Assembly (NCBI GenBank): GCA_002269645.1 | Contig: NIVC01000694.1 | Location: 310,001 to 374,000, forward strand | DNA from: Macrostomum lignano | Lineage: Eukaryota | Direction of reading: 5' to 3' | Length of the DNA stretch: 64,000 nt | Part shown: piece by piece, positions 56,686-64,000 of the stretch | Layout of the letters: every line of letters starts with the position of its first letter | How positions within the stretch are numbered: position 1 is the first letter of the stretch | The notes under the pieces: generated by a model | Database searches by the model: none | What the model saw: only the letters and a program-made list of their open reading frames with translations | What the model was told of the DNA's origin: nothing | Program-made: the position numbers and the translations under genes

Positions 56686-57841
56686 ATGCCACCCGCAGCC
56701 CGCGCCCGCATGTCCTGCTACGGCTGCGGCAGCGAGTATTCCCTGCTGCGGCGGGAGTACGGCTGCGACAATTGCGGCTTCTCCTACTGTTCGCGCTGCC
56801 TGCAAACCAAGAAGCCGGTGCCCAAGCTGAACGGCAAGCTGGGCAAAATGTGCGCCAAGTGCCTCCGCCAGCAGGCCCAACCGCCTGCCGCCAAGCAGCC
56901 AATCGAGCCGCCCGCCAACTTCGTCAAGCGGGTGGAGGCCCTGGAGGCACGGCAGACGGGGCCGGCAAAGAGGGGCGGCGGCGGCGGCGGCGGCGGCTCC
57001 AGGGCGGCCGACCCGGACCGGGAGGCGCGGGAACGCCTTGAGCGGCTGAAGCAGCGGCCTGGCCAGGCCCCGCCGCCCTCTGACCAGGACCTCCGCTCTC
57101 GCCTGGAAGCCTTGCAGGGCCAGACGGCCGAGACGGAACCTGGATCGGATGCACCGGCTGTTGAGGCTCCGCGCCCGCAGCTGTCAGAGGCGGAGCAGGT
57201 GGCAGCGCTCATGGAGTCGGCGCAAGCCCGGGCCCGCATCGACCAGCAGCGGGAGCGCGAGGCCGCCTCTCGCGATCGAAAACTGGCGGAGCGGCTGGCC
57301 GCCCTGCGGGGAGTCGATGCGGACACCGCCGATGCCGCTGAGGCCTCCGATGCCAAGGCGGCAGCGGCGACCGCTGAGGCCGAGGGAGCCGCGGCAGGAT
57401 CAGCAGACGCGGATGCCGAAGACGCGGACGCGCTGAGCCGCGAGGCGGCCGAGCTGATGCGCAGCGCAGAGGCGGAGGTCCGGGCGCTGCAGGCGGACCC
57501 GGAATTGGCGGCGCACCTGCAGCGCCGGCAGCAGAAGCAGAAGAAAGGCAAGACGGAAGCAGCGACAGCCAGCCCTGCGTCACAGCCAAAGCCGGCCGAG
57601 CCGGAACAGATCAGCGACAGCCAGGTAGAAACGGCCATCCGGGATGCCCTGGCCCTGGCCAGACGAAGACTTCACAGACGACGAGGATGTCTCCGGCGGC
57701 TCGGACAGCGAGCGCTGGTGCTGCATCTGCAACGCGGATGCCGAGGTCCGCTGCCCGCAGTGCATGGGGGACCTGTACTGCCGGCGCTGCTTCCGCGAGG
57801 GCCACAGCAAGGGCGACGGGCACGCAGCGCGGCCGGTCTAG
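56686..57841 (+). CDS. ZFYVE19: Abscission/NoCut checkpoint regulator (ANCHR)-like FYVE-type protein with one frameshift near 57660
   Basis: N-terminus CYGC...[16 protein letters not shown]...CAKC. The C-terminal [30 protein letters not shown] is in the +1 frame (57644-57841). Confidence 0.85.
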
Positions 57842-58088
57842 ACAGAGTCTTGCAGAAAATTCCCGATTGCTCCATTGAGTTTTTTGTGTTCTGTTCATAG
57901 AGTTTATTTCATATATCCTATTGCTACTTGTGAGTAGCTGATTTCTATTTTATTCTGCTGTTTATAAAGTGATTACATCGATGAAATGGCGTGCCAGCTT
58001 TGCCGCCTTCATCAAGTGCTTCCACTTATTTACTTTTCTTTCAATCTGTGTGACTAAAAACTAATTGTCTGCAAATTCTGAGGGGGTT

Positions 58089-59150
58089 GAGACAGCAGCC
58101 ACCTCAGGCAGATGGGATTTGAGACAGCAGCCACTTCAGGTAGATGGAATTTGAGACAGCAGCCACTTCAGGTAGATGGAATTTGAGACAGCAGCCACTT
58201 CAGGTAGATGGAATTTGAGACAGCAGCCACTTCAGGTAGATGGGATTTGAGACAGCAGCCACTTCAGGTAGATGGGATTTGAGACAGCCACCACCTCTGG
58301 TAGATGGGATTTGAGACAGCCACCACCTCTGGTAGATGGGATTTGAGACAGCCACCACCTCAGGTAGATGGGATTTGAGAAAGCCACCACCTCAGGCAGA
58401 TGGGGTTTGCCGTTTGAGACAGCAGCCACCTCAGGCAGATGGGATTTGAGACAGCAGCCACCTCAGGCAGATGGGATTTGAGACAGCCACCACCTTAGGT
58501 AGATGGGATTTAAGACAGCCACCACCTCAGGCAGATGGGATTTAAGACAGCCACCACCTCAGGCAGATGGGATTTGAGACAGCCACCACCTCAGGCAGAT
58601 GGGATTTAAGACAGCCACCACCTCAGGTAGATGGGATTTGAGACTGCAGCCACTTCAGATAGATGGGATTTGAGACTGAAGCCACTTCAGGTAGATGGGA
58701 TTTGAGACTGCAGCCACCTCAGGCAGATGGGATTTGAGACAGCCACCATTCAGGCAGATGGGGTTTGCCGTTTAAGACAGCAGCCACCTCAGGCACATGG
58801 GATTTAAGACAGCCACCACCTCAGGCAGATGGGATTTGAGACAGCCACCACCTCAGGCAGATGGGATTTGAGACAGCCACCACCTCAGGCAGATGGGATT
58901 TGAGACAGCCACCACCTCAGGCAGATGGGATTTGAGACTGCAGCCACATCAGATAGATGGGATTTGAGACTGAAGCCACTTCAGGTAGATGGGATTTGAG
59001 ACTGCAGCCACTTCAGATAGATGGGATTTGAGACTGAAGCCACTTCAGGTAGATGGGATTTGAGACTGCAGCCACTTCAGGTAGATGGGATTTGAGACTG
59101 CAGCCACTTCAGGTAGATGGGATTTGAGACTGCAGCCATCTCAGGTAGAT
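58089..59150. repeat. 32-bp minisatellite, about 33 copies, in the ZFYVE19-PCCA spacer
   Basis: Unit gagacagcagccacttcaggtagatgggattt. Confidence 0.95.
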
Positions 59151-59203
59151 GAGAATGCTGAACTCCCACGCCAATCCCCTCTGCAACCCCTCGTCCCGCT
59201 GCC

Positions 59204-62200
59204 ATGCTGAGCCTGCTGAGCGCTCACCGCGGCCCGGCCGCAGTCGCCATGCGCACCCTGTGCTCTCACTCTGCCGCCAGGCAAGCCGACGCCATCTACT
59301 GGAACGACAAACACGACAGCAACGAGTCGCGCTTCGAGAAGATCCTTATCGCCAACCGCGGTGAGATCGCCTGCCGCGTTATCAACTCCTGCAAGCGGCT
59401 GGGCATCAAGTCGGTGGCCGTCCACAGCGAGATCGACGCCTCCAGCAAGTTCGTCCAGCTGGCTGACGAGGCCGTGTGCATCGGGCCGGCGCCCACCAGC
59501 AAGAGCTACCTCAACATGGAGGCCATCCTGCAGGCCGTGAAGCAGACGGGCGCCCAGGCGGTGCACCCGGGCTACGGCTTCCTGTCGGAGAACACGGTGT
59601 TCGCCAAGCGCCTGGAGGACTTGGACGTGGTGTTCCTGGGCCCCAACTCCAAGGCCATCCGTGCCATGGGCGACAAGATCGAGAGCAAGCGCATCGCGAA
59701 CAAGGCCAAGGTCAACTGCATCCCCGGCTTCGACGGCGAGGTCAAGGACGCTGATGAGGCCGTCAAGATCGCCAACGACATCGGCTACCCCGTCATGATC
59801 AAGGCCTCCGCCGGCGGTGAGTGCCCCGGCTTCTTAGAGCTGGCTGATTAACATGGCTGATTAAGTGAAGATTGTCTGTCCTGAAAACGTCTGTAAGACG
59901 AAACGCGTTGGCATTCAATTTTTAATGCTTGACTTTGCATTTCTTGCTGTTTCGTAGCAACTCTCCCGGATTTTTGGAGCTGCTTTTTCCCTGCTCAATA
60001 AATCATTTCCAGCCTTTGTTAGATACCAACCGAAGGGCACAGACGAATCTCTAGTAAGATCCCTACAATGTCCTTACCGAAATCCCCACAAGCAGCCCAT
60101 CAGGACCCCACAAACAGCCCACCAGAATCCCCACAAACAGCCCACCAGAATTCCCACAAACAGCCCACCAGAATCCCCACAAACAGCCCACCAGAATCCC
60201 CACAAACAGCCCACCAGAATCCCCACAAACAGCCCACCAGAATCCCCACAAACAGCCCACCAAAATCCCCACAAACAGCCCACCAGAATCCCCACAAACA
60301 GCCCACCAGAATTCCCACAAACAGCCCACCAAAATCCCCACAAACAGCCCACCAGAATCCCCACAAACAGCCCACCAAAATCCCCACAAACAGCCCACCA
60401 GAATCCCCACAAACAGCCCACCAGAATCCCCACAAACAGCCCACCAGAATCCCCACAAGCAGCCCAGCAGAATTCCCACAAACAGCCCACCAGAATCCCC
60501 ACAAACAGCCCACCAAAATCCCCACAAACAGCCCACCAGAATCCCCACAAACAGCCCACCAGAATCCCCACAAACAGCCCACCAGAATCCCCACAAACAG
60601 CTCACCAGAATCCCCACAAACAGCCCACCAGAATCCCCACAAACAGCTCACCAGAATCCCCACAAACAGCCCACCAGAATCCCCACAAACAGCTCACCAG
60701 AATCCCCACAAACAGCCCACCAGAATCCCCACAAGTAGCCCACCAGAATCCCCACAAACAGCCCACCAGAATCCCCACAAACAGCCCACCAGAATCCCCA
60801 CAAGCAGCCCACCAAAATCCCCACAAACAGCCCACCAGAATCCCCACAAACAGCCCACCAGAATTCCCACAAACAGCCCACCAGAATCCGCAGGAACTCC
60901 CTCAGTCAGATCCCAGGAAATGATCCTCGCCGCGCCCCGCAGGAGGCGGCAAGGGCATGCGCATCGCCTGGAACGACAAACAGGCCCGCGAGGGCTACCG
61001 GCTGTCGCAGGAGGAGGCCAAGTCCAGCTTTGGCGACGACCGCATGCTGATCGAGAAGTTCATCGACAAGCCGCGCCACATCGAGGTGCAGGTGCTCTGC
61101 GACCGCCACGGCAATGCGCTGTACTTGAACGAGCGCGAGTGCAGCATCCAGCGGCGCAACCAGAAGGTAATCGAGGAGGCGCCCAGCGTGTACATCGACC
61201 CTGACACCCGCAAGGCCATGGGCGCCCAGGCCACCGCGCTGGCCAAGGCTGTGGGCTACGACTCCGCCGGCACCGTTGAGTTCCTGGTGGACTCGAAGAA
61301 GAACTTCTACTTCCTGGAGATGAACACCCGCCTGCAGGTGGAGCACCCCATCACCGAGTGCATCACCGGAGTGGACATTGTGCACCAGATGATCCGCGTG
61401 GGCAAGGGCCACCCGCTGTTGCTCACCCAGAAGGACATCGGCGTGAAAGGCTGGGCCGTGGAGTGCCGCGTGTACGCCGAGGACCCCTACAAGGCGTTCG
61501 GCCTGCCGTCCATCGGCCGCCTGACCACCTACTCGGAGCCCACCGCCTTGGAGAACGTCCGCTGCGACAGCGGCATCCAGGAGGGCAGTGAAATCTCCAT
61601 CTACTACGACCCCATGATCTGTAAGCTGGTCACCTACGGCAAGGACCGCCAGTCCGCCCTCAACACCATGGTCAACGCTCTGGACAACTACGTGATCCGC
61701 GGCGTCACCCACAACATCCCCCTGCTGCGTGACATCGTCACCGAGAATCGCTTCGTGTCCGGCGACATCACCACCAACTACCTGCCGGAGGTGTACCCGG
61801 ACGGCTTCCGCGGCAAGCAGTTCAGCGACCGCGACCGGCTCAACATCGCCGCCGTGTCCGCCGTAGTCTTCGCCAAGAACGACCTGCGCAACAAGACATA
61901 CCTGAAGAAGGACCGGTCCAACATTGTGGCCGGCGAAGCCAAGAAGTCTTTCGACTGGGACATCGTCGCCTCCCTGGACGGCAAGGACCTGCTGTGCCGC
62001 GTCAGCTACAAGGAAGGCGGCTTCACCGTGGCCTTCGAGGGCAGCGAGACTCTGCAGATCAAGGACAACTTCAGCCTGGCCAACAAGGTCATCCCGGCCG
62101 TCATCAACGGCGATTCCGTCTGCATGCAGATGATGTCCCGCAGCTTCGATGAGCGCGTGACCCTGCAGTACATGGGCACCAAGGTGAGTGAGCTGTGTGA

Positions 62201-63827
62201 GTCGGTCTGCAGTGCATGGGCACCAAGGTGAGTGAGCTGTGTGAGTCAGTCTGCAGTACATGGGCACCAAGGTGAGTGAGCTGTGTGAGTCGGTCTGCAG
62301 TGCATGGGCACCAAGGTGAGTGAGCTGTGTGAGTCGGTCTGCAGTGCATGGGCACCAAGGTGAGTGAGCTGTGTGAGTCGGTCTGCAGTGCATGGGCACC
62401 AAGGTGAGTGAGCTGTGTGAGTCGGTCTGCAGTACATGGGCACCAATGTGAGTGAGCTGTGTGAGTCAGTCTGCAGTGCATGGGCACCAATGTGAGTGAG
62501 CTGTGTGAGTCAGTCTGCAGTACATGGGCACCAATGTGAGTGAGCTGTGTGAGTCAGTCTGCAGTACATGGGCACCAAGGTGAGTGAGCTGTGTGAGTCA
62601 GTCTGCAGTACATGGGCACCAATGTGAGTGAGCTGTGTGAGTCAGTCTGCAGTGCATGGGCACCAATGTGAGTGAGCTGTGTGAGTCAGTCTGCAGTGCA
62701 TGGGCACCAAGGTGAGTGAGCTGTGTGAGTCAGTCTGCAGTGCATGGGCACCAATGTGAGTGAGCTGTGTGAGTCGGTCTGCAGTACATGGGCACCAATG
62801 TGAGTGAGCTGTGTGAGTCGGTCTGCAGTGCATGGGCAACAAGGTGAGTCGCTATGCAAAACTCGCACCTCCTGCAGTGCACCACGATAGTCCGCACGGC
62901 TCGCGCCTACGATCTGTCGAAATTCATGCCGGTGCGCTCAGACAAGGACACCAGCACCACCATCAAGGCGCCCATGCCTGGCCTGGTGAAGTCCGTCGGC
63001 GTCACGGTGGGCCAGACGGTGGCCGAGGGCCAGGAGATTTGCGTGCTGGAGGCCATGAAGATGCAGAACAGCCTGAGCTGCGCCATCGCTGGGAAGGTGA
63101 GTTTTGCCACTGGATTTTCTTTCCTTTCAGCCGGTCTCAAATCCGGTCTCACATCCAGTCTCATATCCAGTCTCACATCCAGTCTCACATCGAGCCTCAC
63201 AGTCTCATGGCCAGTCAAAATCAGTCTCATGGCCAGTCAACAATCAGTCTCATGGCCAGTCAACAATCAGTCTCATGGCCAGTCTAACAATCAGTCTCAT
63301 GGCCAGTCTAACAATCAGTCTCATGGCCAGTCTAACAATCAGTCTCATGGCCAGTCTAACAATCAGTCTCATGGCCAGTCTAACAATCAGTCTCATGGCC
63401 AGTCTAACAATCAGTCTCATGGCCAGTCAACAATCAGTCTCATGGCCAGTCTAACAATCAGTCTCATGGCCAGTCTAACAATCAGTCTCATGGCCAGTCT
63501 AACAATCAGTCTCATGGCCAGTCAACAATCAGTCTCATGGCCAGTCAACAATCAGTCTCATGGCCAGTCTAACAGTCAGTCTCATGGCCAGTCAACAATC
63601 AGTCTCATGGCCAGTCTAACAATCAGTCTCATGGCCAGTCTAACAATCAGTCTCATGGCCAGTCTAACAATCAGTCTCATGGCCAGTCTCAGTCGGTCTC
63701 AGCCAGGCTCACAGCTAGTCTCACAATTGGTCTCTCCTCCCGCCCGCAGGTGAAAGCCGTCCACTTCAAAGCCGGAGAGACGGTGAACGAAGAGGACGTG
63801 ATCGTAGAGCTGGAGCCGCTGGCCTGA
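59204..63827 (+). CDS. PCCA: Propionyl-CoA carboxylase alpha chain, mitochondrial (716 aa)
   Basis: Exons 59204-59816, 60943-62183, 62878-63096 and 63750-63827 total 2151 nt in frame. Transit-like N-terminus, [52 protein letters not shown], and the biotin-acceptor motif EAMKM. Confidence 0.95.
60083..60890. repeat. 23-bp minisatellite, about 35 copies, in PCCA intron 1
   Basis: Unit cccacaaacagcccaccagaatc. Confidence 0.95.
62164..62849 (+). repeat. 44-bp minisatellite made from the PCCA exon 2/intron 2 boundary, about 15.5 copies
   Basis: Unit tgcagtacatgggcaccaag|gtgagtgagctgtgtgagtcggtc. The first 20 nt of copy 1 are coding. Confidence 0.95.
63125..63700. repeat. 24-bp minisatellite in PCCA intron 3
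   Basis: Unit caatcagtctcatggccagtctaa. Confidence 0.93.
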
Positions 63828-64000
63828 TGAAGCGAGCTGGTCTTTGATAAACTTGTAGCTTGGCTCATTTTGAACATTTTCTTAGATTTGGCTGGAGAAC
63901 AATGACTCCATAATCTGTAGTAGACTGTCCGTTGTGTAGCCCGCCATAGAATTTGGTATTAGTGCAAACTCAGACATTAAGAAATCTCTTGTGTAGCCCT

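Noticed and set aside
60063-62402. Long ORFs in PCCA intron 1 and antisense to exon 2
   Set aside because: They are satellite translations and antisense shadows of GC3-rich coding sequence.
10797-63700. Tandem arrays as CRISPR loci
   Set aside because: The units are head-to-tail with no unique spacers, there are no cas genes, and the context is eukaryotic.
59204-63827. MCCC1, pyruvate carboxylase or ACC identity
   Set aside because: The size, the biotin carboxylase + biotinyl-only layout and the FGLPSIGRL / [13 protein letters not shown] motifs fit PCCA better.

Overview
Eukaryotic (animal) genomic DNA, not prokaryotic. Coding exons are GC3-rich, introns have GT-AG ends, and most introns and spacers are filled by a locally private minisatellite. 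This architecture resembles the flatworm Macrostomum, but the organism is an inference. The left part (1-40 kb) is accessory-like. It holds LINE, SINE and MITE relics, many satellites, a three-exon CNPase-like gene (kinase + 2H phosphodiesterase) and several single-exon or near single-exon genes: a vWA + degenerate GIY-YIG-like protein, a FaNaC-like DEG/ENaC channel, a polymorphic-toxin-like protein with a CAE...CxxC deaminase-type C-terminus, a frame-disrupted Ser/Thr kinase, and a split-vWA/papain-like protease/Zn-ribbon protein. The right part (46.7-63.8 kb) is a tight co-oriented run of housekeeping genes: THOC3, Golgi alpha-mannosidase II, BRK1, ZFYVE19 (one frameshift) and PCCA. They are spaced about 1 kb apart with splice-acceptor-like sites just before most ATGs, which suggests an SL trans-spliced operon. 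Several satellites are built around AG|GT splice junctions, and one is a tandem amplification of a real exon-intron boundary. Two CpG-depleted blocks lie just upstream of the housekeeping loci. All gene models were read by eye and no database searches were run.
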